Shown here piece by piece: positions 50,590 through 64,000 of a DNA stretch of 64,000 bases. The notes under the pieces are model-generated. The model saw only the letters and a program-made list of their open reading frames with translations. It was not told where the DNA came from and did no database searches. Position 1 is the first letter of the stretch; each line of letters opens with the position of its first letter. The position numbers and the translations under genes are program-made. The DNA is taken from contig NIVC01001410.1 of assembly GCA_002269645.1 (NCBI GenBank), positions 230,634 to 294,633 on the forward strand, written 5' to 3'. This DNA comes from Macrostomum lignano. Its lineage: Eukaryota.

Positions 50590-53500
50590 GACACCTTTAA
50601 TGTCTGACATGACGCTTCTTTGGATTTTTACATGACGCTTCTATGATTTTTTACATGACGCTTCTATGATTGTTTACATGACGCTTCTATGATTGTTTAC
50701 ATGACGCTTCTATGGTTTTTTAAATGACGCTTCTATGAATTTTTACATGACGCTTCTATGATTGTTTACATGACGCTTCTATGATTTTTTACATGACGCT
50801 TCTATGATTGTTTACATGACGCTTCTATGATTTTTATATGACGCTTCTACGATTCTTTACATGACGCTTCTATGATTGTTTACATGACGCTTCTATGATT
50901 TTTTACATGACGCTTCTATGATTGTTTACATGACGCTTCTATGATTTTTATATGACGCTTCTACGATTCTTTACATGACGCTTCTATGATTTTTTACATG
51001 ACGCTTTTATAATTTTTTAAATGACGCTTCTATGATTTTTATATGACGCTTCTATGATTTTTTACATGACGCTTCTATGATTTTTTACATAACGCTTCTA
51101 TGACTTTTTACATGACGCTTCTACGATTCTTTACGTGACGCTTCTATGATTTTTTACATGACGCTTCTATGATTGTTTACATGACGCTTTTATGATTGTT
51201 TACATGACGCTTCTATGATTTTTATATGACGCTTCTACGATTCTTTACATGACGCTTCTATGATTGTTTACATGACGCTTCTATGATTTTTTACATGACG
51301 CTTCTATGATTGTTTACATGACGCTTCTATGATTGTTTACATGACGCTTCTATGATTGTTTACATGACGCTTCTATGATTTTTTTTACATGGCGCTTCTA
51401 TGATTGTTTACATGACGCTTCTATGATTGTTTACATGACGCTTCTATGATTGTTTACATGACGCTTTTATGATTGTTTACATGACGCTTCTATGATTGTT
51501 TACATGACGCTTCTATGATTTTTTACATGACGCTTCTATGATTGTTTACATGACGCTTCTATGATTTTTATATGACGCTTCTACGATTCTTTACATGACG
51601 CTTCTATGATTTTTTACATGACGCTTTTATAATTTTTTAAATGACGCTTCTATGATTTTTATATGACGCTTCTATGATTTTTTACATGACGCTTCTATGA
51701 TTTTTTACATAACGCTTCTATGACTTTTTACATGACGCTTCTACGATTCTTTACGTGACGCTTCTATGATTTTTTACATGACGCTTCTATGATTGTTTAC
51801 ATGACGCTTTTATGATTGTTTACATGACGCTTCTATGATTTTTATATGACGCTTCTACGATTTTTTACATGACGCTTCTATGATTGTTTACATGACGCTT
51901 CTATGATTTTTACATGACGCTTCTATGATTGTTTACATGACGCTTCTATGATTGTTTACATGACGCTTCTATGATTGTTTACATGACGCTTCTATGATTT
52001 TTTACATGACGCTTCTATGATTGTTTACATGACGCTTCTATGATTGTTTACATGACGCTTCTATGATTGTTTACATGACGCTTTTATGATTGTTTACATG
52101 ACGCTTCTATGATTGTTTACATGATGCTTCTATGATTGTTTACATGACGCTTCTATGATTTTTTACATGACGCTTCTATGATTGTTTACATGACGCTTCT
52201 ACGATTCTTTACATGACGCTTTTATGATTTTTTACATGACGCTTCTATGATTGTTTACATGACGCTTCTATGATTGTTTACATGACGCTTCTATGATTGT
52301 TTACATGACGCTTTATGATTGTTTACATGACGCTTCTATGATTGTTTACATGACGCTTCTATGATTGTTTACATGACGCTTCTATGATTTTTTACATGAC
52401 GCTTCTATGATTGTTTACATGACGCTTCTATGATTGTTTACATGACGCTTCTATGATTGTTTACATGACGCTTTTATGATTGTTTACATGACGCTTCTAT
52501 GATTGTTTACATGACGCTTCTATGATTGTTTACATGACGCTTCTATGATTTTTTACATGACGCTTCTATGATTTTTATATGACGCTTCTACGATTCTTTA
52601 CATGACGCTTCTATGATTGTTTACATGACGCTTCTATGATTGTTTACGTGACGCTTTTATGATTTTCACATGACGCTTCTATGATTGTTTACATGACGCT
52701 TCTATGATTTTTACATGACGCTTCTATGATTGTTTACATGACGCTTCTATGATTTTTACATGACGCTTCTATGATTGTTTACATGACGCTTCTATGATTT
52801 TTTACATGACGCTTCTATGATTTTTTACATAACGCTTCTATGACTTTTTACATGACGCTTCTACGATTTTTTACATGACGCTTCTATGATTGTTTACATG
52901 ACGCTTCTATGATTTTTTACATGACGCTTCTATGATTGTTTACATGACGCTTCTATGATTGTTTACATGACGCTTCTATGATTGTTTACATGACGCTTCT
53001 ATGATTTTTATATGACGCTTCTACGATTTTTACATGACGCTTCTATGATTTTTTACATGACGCTTTTATGATTTTTTAATGACGCTTCTATGATTTTTAT
53101 ATGACGCTTCTATGATTTTTTACATGACGCTTCTATGATTTTTTACATAACGCTTCTATGATTTTTACATGACGCTTCTACGATTTTTACATGACGCTTC
53201 TATGATTTTTACATGACGCTTCTATGATTGTTTACATGACGCTTTATGATTGTTTACATGACGCTTCTATGATTTTTATATGACGCTTCTATGATTTTTA
53301 CATGACGCTTCTATGATTGTTTACATGACGCTTCTATGATTTTTTACATGACGCTTCTATGATTGTTTACATGACGCTTCTATGATTGTTTACATGACGC
53401 TTCTATGATTGTTTACATGACGCTTCTATGATTTTTTACATGACGCTTCTATGATTGTTTACATGACGCTTCTATGATTGTTTACATGACGCTTCTATGA

Positions 53501-56500
53501 TTGTTTACATGACGCTTTATGATTGTTTACATGACGCTTCTATGATTGTTTACATGACGCTTCTATGATTTTTTACATGACGCTTCTATGATTGTTTACA
53601 TGACGCTTCTATGATTTTTATATGACGCTTCTACGATTCTTTACATGACGCTTCTATGATTTTTTACATGACGCTTTATATTTTTTAATGACGCTTCTAT
53701 GATTTTTATATGACGCTTCTATGATTTTTTACATGACGCTTCTATGATTTTTTACATACGCTTCTATGATTTTTACATGACGCTTCTATGATTTTTACGT
53801 GACGCTTCTATGATTTTTTACATGACGCTTCTATGATTGTTTACATGACGCTTTATGATTGTTTACATGACGCTTCTATGATTTTTATATGACGCTTCTA
53901 CGATTTTTTACATGACGCTTCTATGATTGTTTACATGACGCTTCTATGATTTTTACATGACGCTTCTATGATTGTTTACATGACGCTTCTATGATTGTTT
54001 ACATGACGCTTCTATGATTGTTTACATGACGCTTCTATGATTTTTTACATGACGCTTCTATGATTGTTTACATGACGCTTCTATGATTGTTTACATGACG
54101 CTTCTATGATTGTTTACATGACGCTTTATGATTGTTTACATGACGCTTCTATGATTTTTTACATGACGCTTCTATGATTGTTTACATGACGCTTCTATGA
54201 TTGTTTACATGACGCTTCTATGATTTTTTAATGACGCTTCTATGATTTTTACATGACGCTTCTATGATTGTTTACATGACGCTTCTATGATTTTTACATG
54301 ACGCTTCTATGATTGTTTACATGACGCTTCTATGATTTTTATATGACGCTTCTATGATTTTTACATGACGCTTCTATGATTGTTTACATGACGCTTCTAT
54401 GATTTTTTACATGACGCTTCTATGATTGTTTACATGACGCTTCTATGATTTTTATATGACGCTTCTACGATTTTTACATGACGCTTCTATGATTTTTTAC
54501 ATGACGCTTTATATTTTTTAATGACGCTTCTATGATTTTTATATGACGCTTCTATGATTTTTTACATGACGCTTCTATGATTTTTTACATGACGCTTCTA
54601 TGATTTTTACATGACGCTTCTACGATTTTTACATGACGCTTCTATGATTTTTTACATGACGCTTCTATGATTGTTTACATGACGCTTTATGATTGTTTAC
54701 ATGACGCTTCTATGATTTTTATATGACGCTTCTATGATTTTTACATGACGCTTCTATGATTGTTTACATGACGCTTCTATGATTTTTTACATGACGCTTC
54801 TATGATTGTTTACATGACGCTTCTATGATTGTTTACATGACGCTTCTATGATTGTTTACATGACGCTTCTATGATTTTTTACATGACGCTTCTATGATTG
54901 TTTACATGACGCTTCTATGATTGTTTACATGACGCTTCTATGATTGTTTACATGACGCTTCTATGATTGTTTACATGACGCTTCTATGATTGTTTACATG
55001 ACGCTTCTATGATTGTTTACATGACGCTTCTATGATTGTTTACATGACGCTTCTATGATTGTTTACATGACGCTTCTATGATTTTTATATGACGCTTCTA
55101 TGATTTTTACATGACGCTTCTATGATTTTTACATGACGCTTTATGATTTTTTACATGACGCTTCTATGATTTTTATATGACGCTTCTATGATTTTTACAT
55201 GACGCTTCTATGATTTTTTACATGACGCTTCTATGATTTTTACATGACGCTTCTATGATTTTTACATGACGCTTCTATGATTTTTTACATGACGCTTCTA
55301 TGATTGTTTACATGACGCTTTATGATTGTTTACATGACGCTTCTATGATTTTTACATGACGCTTCTATGATTTTTTATGACGCTTCTATGATTGTTTACA
55401 TGACGCTTCTATGATTTTTACATGACGCTTCTATGATTTTTACATGACGCTTCTATGATTGTTTACATGACGCTTCTATGATTGTTTACATGACGCTTCT
55501 ATGATTTTTACATGACGCTTCTATGATTGTTTACATGACGCTTCTATGATTGTTTACATGACGCTTCTATGATTGTTTACATGACGCTTCTATGATTGTT
55601 TACATGACGCTTCTATGATTGTTTACATGACGCTTCTATGATTGTTTACATGACGCTTCTATGATTTTTTACATGACGCTTCTATGATTGTTTACATGAC
55701 GCTTCTATGATTTTTACATGACGCTTCTATGATTTTTACATGACGCTTCTATGATTGTTTACATGACGCTTCTATGATTGTTTACATGACGCTTCTATGA
55801 TTGTTTACATGACGCTTCTATGATTGTTTACATGACGCTTCTATGATTGTTTACATGACGCTTCTATGATTGTTTACATGACGCTTCTATGATTTTTTAC
55901 ATGACGCTTCTATGATTGTTTACATGACGCTTCTATGATTGTTTACATGACGCTTCTATGATTGTTTACATGACGCTTCTATGATTGTTTACATGACGCT
56001 TCTATGATTGTTTACATGACGCTTCTATGATTGTTTACATGACGCTTCTATGATTTTTTACATGACGCTTCTATGATTTTTACATGACGCTTCTATGATT
56101 TTTACATGACGCTTCTATGATTGTTTACATGACGCTTCTATGATTGTTTACATGACGCTTCTATGATTTTTACATGACGCTTCTATGATTGTTTACATGA
56201 CGCTTCTATGATTTTTACATGACGCTTCTATGATTGTTTACATGACGCTTCTATGATTTTTACATGACGCTTCTATGATTGTTTACATGACGCTTCTATG
56301 ATTTTTACATGACGCTTCTATGATTTTTTACATGACGCTTCTATGATTTTTACATGACGCTTCTATGATTTTTACATGACGCTTCTATGATTTTTACATG
56401 ACGCTTCTATGATTGTTTACATGACGCTTCTATGATTGTTTACATGACGCTTCTATGATTTTTACATGACGCTTCTATGATTTTTTACATGACGCTTCTA

Positions 56501-59500
56501 TGATTGTTTACATGACGCTTCTATGATTTTTACATGACGCTTCTATGATTTTTACATGACGCTTCTATGATTTTTACATGACGCTTCTATGATTGTTTAC
56601 ATGACGCTTCTATGATTTTTACATGACGCTTCTATGATTTTTACATGACGCTTCTATGATTTTTACATGACGCTTCTATGATTTTTACATGACGCTTCTA
56701 TGATTTTTAATGACGCTTCTATGATTTTTACATGACGCTTCTATGATTTTTTACATGACGCTTCTATGATTTTTACATGACGCTTCTATGATTTTTACAT
56801 GACGCTTCTATGATTTTTTACATGACGCTTCTATGATTGTTTACATGACGCTTCTATGATTGTTTACATGACGCTTCTATGATTTTTATATGACGCTTCT
56901 ATGATTTTTACATGACGCTTCTATGATTGTTTACATGACGCTTCTATGATTGTTTACATGACGCTTCTATGATTTTTACATGACGCTTCTATGATTGTTT
57001 ACATGACGCTTCTATGATTTTTACATGACGCTTCTATGATTGTTTACATGACGCTTCTATGATTGTTTACATGACGCTTCTATGATTGTTTACATGACGC
57101 TTCTATGATTGTTTACATGACGCTTCTATGATTTTTACATGACGCTTCTATGATTGTTTACATGACGCTTCTATGATTTTTTACATGACGCTTCTATGAT
57201 TGTTTACATGACGCTTCTATGATTTTTACATGACGCTTCTATGATTTTTTACATGACGCTTCTATGATTGTTTACATGACGCTTCTATGATTTTTTACAT
57301 GACGCTTCTATGATTTTTACATGACGCTTTATGATTGTTTACATGACGCTTCTATGATTGTTTACATGACGCTTCTATGATTGTTTACATGACGCTTCTA
57401 TGATTTTTTACATGACGCTTCTATGATTGTTTACATGACGCTTCTATGATTGTTTACATGACGCTTCTATGATTGTTTACATGACGCTTCTATGATTGTT
57501 TACATGACGCTTCTATGATTGTTTACATGACGCTTCTATGATTGTTTACATGACGCTTCTATGATTTTTACATGACGCTTCTATGATTTTTACATGACGC
57601 TTCTATGATTTTTACATGACGCTTCTATGATTGTTTACATGACGCTTCTATGATTGTTTACATGACGCTTTATGATTTTTACATGACGCTTCTATGATTG
57701 TTTACATGACGCTTCTATGATTTTTACATGACGCTTCTATGATTGTTTACATGACGCTTCTATGATTTTTACATGACGCTTCTATGATTGTTTACATGAC
57801 GCTTCTATGATTTTTACATGACGCTTCTATGATTTTTTACATGACGCTTCTATGATTTTTACATGACGCTTCTATGATTTTTACATGACGCTTCTATGAT
57901 TTTTTACATGACGCTTCTATGATTGTTTACATGACGCTTTATGATTGTTTACATGACGCTTCTATGATTTTTACATGACGCTTCTATGATTTTTTACATG
58001 ACGCTTCTATGATTGTTTACATGACGCTTCTATGATTTTTACATGACGCTTCTATGATTGTTTACATGACGCTTCTATGATTGTTTACATGACGCTTCTA
58101 TGATTGTTTACATGACGCTTCTATGATTTTTATATGACGCTTCTACGATTTTTACATGACGCTTCTATGATTTTTTACATGACGCTTTATGATTTTTAAT
58201 GACGCTTCTATGATTTTTACATGACGCTTCTATGATTTTTTACATGACGCTTCTATGATTTTTACATGACGCTTCTATGATTTTTACATGACGCTTCTAC
58301 GATTTTTACATGACGCTTCTATGATTTTTTACATGACGCTTCTATGATTGTTTACATGACGCTTTATGATTGTTTACATGACGCTTCTATGATTTTTATA
58401 TGACGCTTCTATGATTTTTACATGACGCTTCTATGATTGTTTACATGACGCTTCTATGATTTTTTACATGACGCTTCTATGATTTTTACATGACGCTTCT
58501 ATGATTGTTTACATGACGCTTCTATGATTGTTTACATGACGCTTCTATGATTTTTTACATGACGCTTCTATGATTTTTACATGACGCTTCTATGATTGTT
58601 TACATGACGCTTCTATGATTGTTTACATGACGCTTTATGATTGTTTACATGACGCTTCTATGATTGTTTACATGACGCTTCTATGATTTTTTACATGACG
58701 CTTCTATGATTGTTTACATGACGCTTCTATGATTTTTATATGACGCTTCTACGATTTTTACATGACGCTTCTATGATTTTTACATGACGCTTTTATATTT
58801 TTTAATGACGCTTCTATGATTTTTACATGACGCTTCTATGATTTTTTACATGACGCTTCTATGATTTTTACATGACGCTTCTATGATTTTTACATGACGC
58901 TTCTATGATTTTTACATGACGCTTCTATGATTGTTTACATGACGCTTCTATGATTGTTTACATGACGCTTCTATGATTGTTTACATGACGCTTCTATGAT
59001 TTTTATATGACGCTTCTATGATTTTTTACATGACGCTTCTATGATTGTTTACATGACGCTTCTATGATTTTTACATGACGCTTCTATGATTGTTTACATG
59101 ACGCTTCTATGATTGTTTACATGACGCTTCTATGATTGTTTACATGACGCTTCTATGATTTTTTACATGACGCTTCTATGATTTTTACATGACGCTTCTA
59201 TGATTGTTTACATGACGCTTCTATGATTTTTACATGACGCTTCTATGATTGTTTACATGACGCTTCTATGATTTTTACATGACGCTTCTATGATTGTTTA
59301 CATGACGCTTCTATGATTTTTACATGACGCTTCTATGATTTTTACATGACGCTTCTATGATTTTTACATGACGCTTCTATGATTTTTACATGACGCTTCT
59401 ATGATTGTTTACATGACGCTTCTATGATTTTTACATGACGCTTCTATGATTGTTTACATGACGCTTTATGATTGTTTACATGACGCTTCTATGATTGTTT

Positions 59501-62500
59501 ACATGACGCTTCTATGATTGTTTACATGACGCTTCTATGATTTTTACATGACGCTTCTATGATTGTTTACATGACGCTTCTATGATTGTTTACATGACGC
59601 TTCTATGATTTTTACATGACGCTTCTATGATTTTTACATGACGCTTCTATGATTGTTTACATGACGCTTCTATGATTTTTACATGACGCTTCTATGATTT
59701 TTACATGACGCTTCTATGATTTTTACATGACGCTTCTATGATTTTTACATGACGCTTCTATGATTTTTACATGACGCTTCTATGATTGTTTACATGACGC
59801 TTCTATGATTTTTACATGACGCTTCTATGATTGTTTACATGACGCTTCTATGATTTTTACATGACGCTTCTATGATTTTTACATGACGCTTCTATGATTT
59901 TTACATGACGCTTCTATGATTTTTACATGACGCTTTATGATTTTTACATGACGCTTCTATGATTTTTAATGACGCTTCTATGATTTTTACATGACGCTTC
60001 TATGATTTTTACATGACGCTTCTATGATTTTTACATGACGCTTCTATGATTTTTTACATGACGCTTCTATGATTTTTACATGACGCTTCTATGATTTTTA
60101 CATGACGCTTCTATGATTGTTTACATGACGCTTCTATGATTTTTACATGACGCTTCTATGATTTTTACATGACGCTTCTATGATTGTTTACATGACGCTT
60201 CTATGATTTTTACATGACGCTTCTATGATTTTTACATGACGCTTCTATGATTTTTACATGACGCTTCTATGATTTTTACATGACGCTTCTATGATTTTTA
60301 CATGACGCTTCTATGATTGTTTACATGACGCTTCTATGATTTTACATGACGCTTCTATGATTGTTTACATGACGCTTCTATGATTTTTACATGACGCTTC
60401 TATGATTTTTACATGACGCTTCTATGATTGTTTACATGACGCTTCTATGTTTTACATGACGCTTCTATGATTTTTACATGACGCTTCTATGATTTTTACA
60501 TGACGCTTTATTGTTTTACATGACGCTTCTATGATTGTTTACATGACGCTTCTATGATTTTTACATGACGCTTCTATGATTTTTTTACATGACGCTTCTA
60601 TGATTTTTTACATGACGCTTCTATGATTGTTTACATGACGCTTCTATGATTTTTACATGACGCTTCTATGATTTTACATGACGCTTCTATGATTTTTACA
60701 TGACGCTTCTATGATTTTTTACATGACGCTTCTATGATTGTTTACATGACGCTTCTATGATTTTTTACAATGACGCTTCTATGATTTTTACATGACGCTT
60801 CTATGATTTTACATGACGCTTCTATGATTTTTACATGACGCTTCTATGATTGTTTACATGACGCTTCTATGATTGTTTACATGACGCTTCTATGATTGTT
60901 TACATGACGCTTCTATGATTTTTACATGACGCTTCTATGATTTTTACATGACGCTTCTATGATTGTTTACATGACGCTTCTATGATTGTTTACATGACGC
61001 TTCTATGATTGTTTACATGACGCTTCTATGATTTTTACATGACGCTTCTATGATTTTTACATGACGCTTCTATGATTTTTACATGACGCTTCTATGATTG
61101 TTTACATGACGCTTCTATGATTTTTACATGACGCTTCTATGATTGTTTACATGACGCTTCTATGATTTTTACATGACGCTTCTATGATTTTTTACATGAC
61201 GCTTCTATGATTTTTACATGACGCTTCTATGATTTTTACATGACGCTTCTATGATTTTTACATGACGCTTCTATGATTGTTTACATGACGCTTCTATGAT
61301 TGTTTACATGACGCTTCTATGATTTTTACATGACGCTTCTATGATTTTTACATGACGCTTCTATGATTGTTTACATGACGCTTCTATGATTTTTACATGA
61401 CGCTTCTATGATTGTTTACATGACGCTTCTATGATTGTTTACATGACGCTTCTATGATTGTTTACATGACGCTTCTATGATTTTTACATGACGCTTCTAT
61501 GATTTTTACATGACGCTTCTATGATTTTTTACATGACGCTTCTATGATTTTTTACATGACGCTTCTATGATTTTTACATGACGCTTCTATGATTTTTACA
61601 TGACGCTTCTATGATTTTTACATGACGCTTCTATGATTTTTACATGACGCTTCTATGATTTTTACATGACGCTTCTATGATTTTTACATGACGCTTCTAT
61701 GATTGTTTACATGACGCTTCTATGATTGTTTACATGACGCTTCTATGATTTTTTACATGACGCTTCTATGATTTTTTACATGACGCTTCTATGATTTTTA
61801 CATGACGCTTCTATGATTTTTTACATGACGCTTCTATGATTTTTACATGACGCTTCTATGATTTTTACATGACGCTTCTATGATTGTTTACATGACGCTT
61901 CTATGATTTTTACATGACGCTTCTATGATTTTTACATGACGCTTCTATGATTTTTACATGACGCTTCTATGATTTTTTACATGACGCTTATGATTTTTAC
62001 ATGACGCTTCTATGATTGTTTACATGACGCTTCTATGATTTTTTACATGACGCTTCTATGATTTTTACATGACGCTTCTATGATTTTTACATGACGCTTC
62101 TATGATTTTTACATGACGCTTCTATGATTTTTTACATGACGCTTCTATGATTTTTACATGACGCTTCTATGATTTTTACATGACGCTTCTATGATTTTTA
62201 CATGACGCTTCTATGATTTTTACATGACGCTTCTATGATTTTTACATGACGCTTCTATGATTTTTACATGACGCTTCTATGATTTTTTACATGACGCTTC
62301 TATGATTGTTTACATGACGCTTCTATGATTGTTTACATGACGCTTCTATGATTTTTTTATGACGCTTCTACGATTTTTACATGACGCTTCTATGATTTTT
62401 ACATGACGCTTCTATGATTTTTACATGACGCTTCTATGATTGTTTACATGACGCTTCTATGATTGTTTACATGACGCTTCTATGATTGTTTACATGACGC

Positions 62501-64000
62501 TTCTATGATTTTTTACATGACGCTTCTATGATTTTTACATGACGCTTCTATGATTTTTACATGACGCTTCTATGATTTTTACATGACGCTTCTATGATTT
62601 TTACATGACGCTTCTATGATTTTTACATGACGCTTCTATGATTGTTTACATGACGCTTCTATGATTTTTACATGACGCTTCTATGATTTTTACATGACGC
62701 TTCTATGATTTTTACATGACGCTTCTATGATTTTTTACATGACGCTTTCTATGATTGTTTACATGACGCTTCTATGATTTTTACATGACGCTTCTATGAT
62801 TGTTTACATGACGCTTCTATGATTTTTACATGACGCTTCTATGATTGTTTACATGACGCTTCTATGATTGTTTACATGACGCTTCTATGATTTTTACATG
62901 ACGCTTCTATGATTGTTTACATGACGCTTCTATGATTGTTTACATGACGCTTCTATGATTGTTTACATGACGCTTCTATGATTTTTACATGACGCTTCTA
63001 TGATTTTTACATGACGCTTCTATGATTGTTTACATGACGCTTCTATGTTTTACATGACGCTTCTATGATTTTTACATGACGCTTCTATGATTTTTACATG
63101 ACGCTTCTATGATTTTTACATGACGCTTCTATGATTTTTTACATGACGCTTCTATGATTTTTACATGACGCTTCTATGATTGTTTACATGACGCTTCTAT
63201 GATTTTTACATGACGCTTCTATGATTGTTTACATGACGCTTCTATGATTTTTACATGACGCTTCTATGATTTTTACATGACGCTTCTATGATTTTACATG
63301 ACGCTTCTATGATTTTTTACATGACGCTTCTATGATTTTTACATGACGCTTCTATGATTTTTACATGACGCTTCTATGATTTTTACATGACGCTTCTATG
63401 ATTTTTTACATGACGCTTCTATGATTGTTTACATGACGCTTCTATGATTGTTTACATGACGCTTCTATGATTTTTACATGACGCTTCTATGATTTTTACA
63501 TGACGCTTCTATGATTTTTTACATGACGCTTCTATGATTTTTTACATGACGCTTCTATGATTTTTACATGACGCTTCTATGATTTTTACATGACGCTTCT
63601 ATGATTTTTACATGACGCTTCTATGATTTTTTACATGACGCTTCTATGATTTTTTACATGACGCTTCTATGATTTTTACATGACGCTTCTATGATTGTTT
63701 ACATGACGCTTCTATGATTTTTACATGACGCTTCTATGATTTTACATGACGCTTCTATGATTTTTACATGACGCTTCTATGATTTTTATATGACGCTTCT
63801 ATGATTTTTACATGACGCTTCTATGATTTTACATGACGCTTCTATGATTTTTACATGACGCTTCTATGATTGTTTACATGACGCTTCTATGATTTTTACA
63901 TGACGCTTCTATGATTTTTACATGACGCTTCTACGATTTTTACATGACGCTTCTATGATTGTTTACATGACGCTTCTATGATTGTTTACATGACGCTTCT
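50590..64000. repeat. Large 22/23-bp satellite (ACATGACGCTTCTATGATT[G/T/-]TTT), >13.4 kb, runs off the window
   Basis: Roughly 590 monomers from length/period. A ~620-bp higher-order duplication lies near the proximal edge. Confidence 0.99.

Overview
Eukaryotic, intron-containing, extremely tandem-repeat-rich DNA. GC-rich exons, minisatellite-filled introns, (GACA)n arrays and a TTAGGG-type tract suggest a metazoan, plausibly the flatworm Macrostomum; this is inference and was not verified. Four supportable protein genes lie on the + strand: a 2-exon Tctex-1-domain dynein light chain (3515-5412), a 3-exon Ca2+-independent-looking tandem-C2 synaptotagmin-like gene (17491-20528), an intronless divergent Vav-like CH-DH-PH-C1 gene lacking SH3-SH2-SH3 (22155-23963), and a 7-exon CYP20A1-like P450 (31304-36307) with a 1-nt frameshift in exon 1. 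A probable 71-aa microprotein with two RVxF motifs lies on the - strand (25897-26112). Mobile DNA includes a TIR-bounded 5.5-kb element inside a (GACA)n array carrying an 88-bp satellite, two hAT-type MITEs with exact 8-bp TSDs, a decayed LINE interrupted by one of them, a foldback element with ~1.1-kb arms of 178-bp units around a CCAAT/TATA promoter, and an adjoining second TIR element. The last 13.4 kb is a 22/23-bp satellite. The most distinctive patterns are intronic repeats that copy or complement splice sites, a tandem array of Pol III B boxes, and satellites apparently born from TE or flanking motifs. No CRISPR array, rRNA or intact tRNA was found. All calls were made by eye, without database searches.
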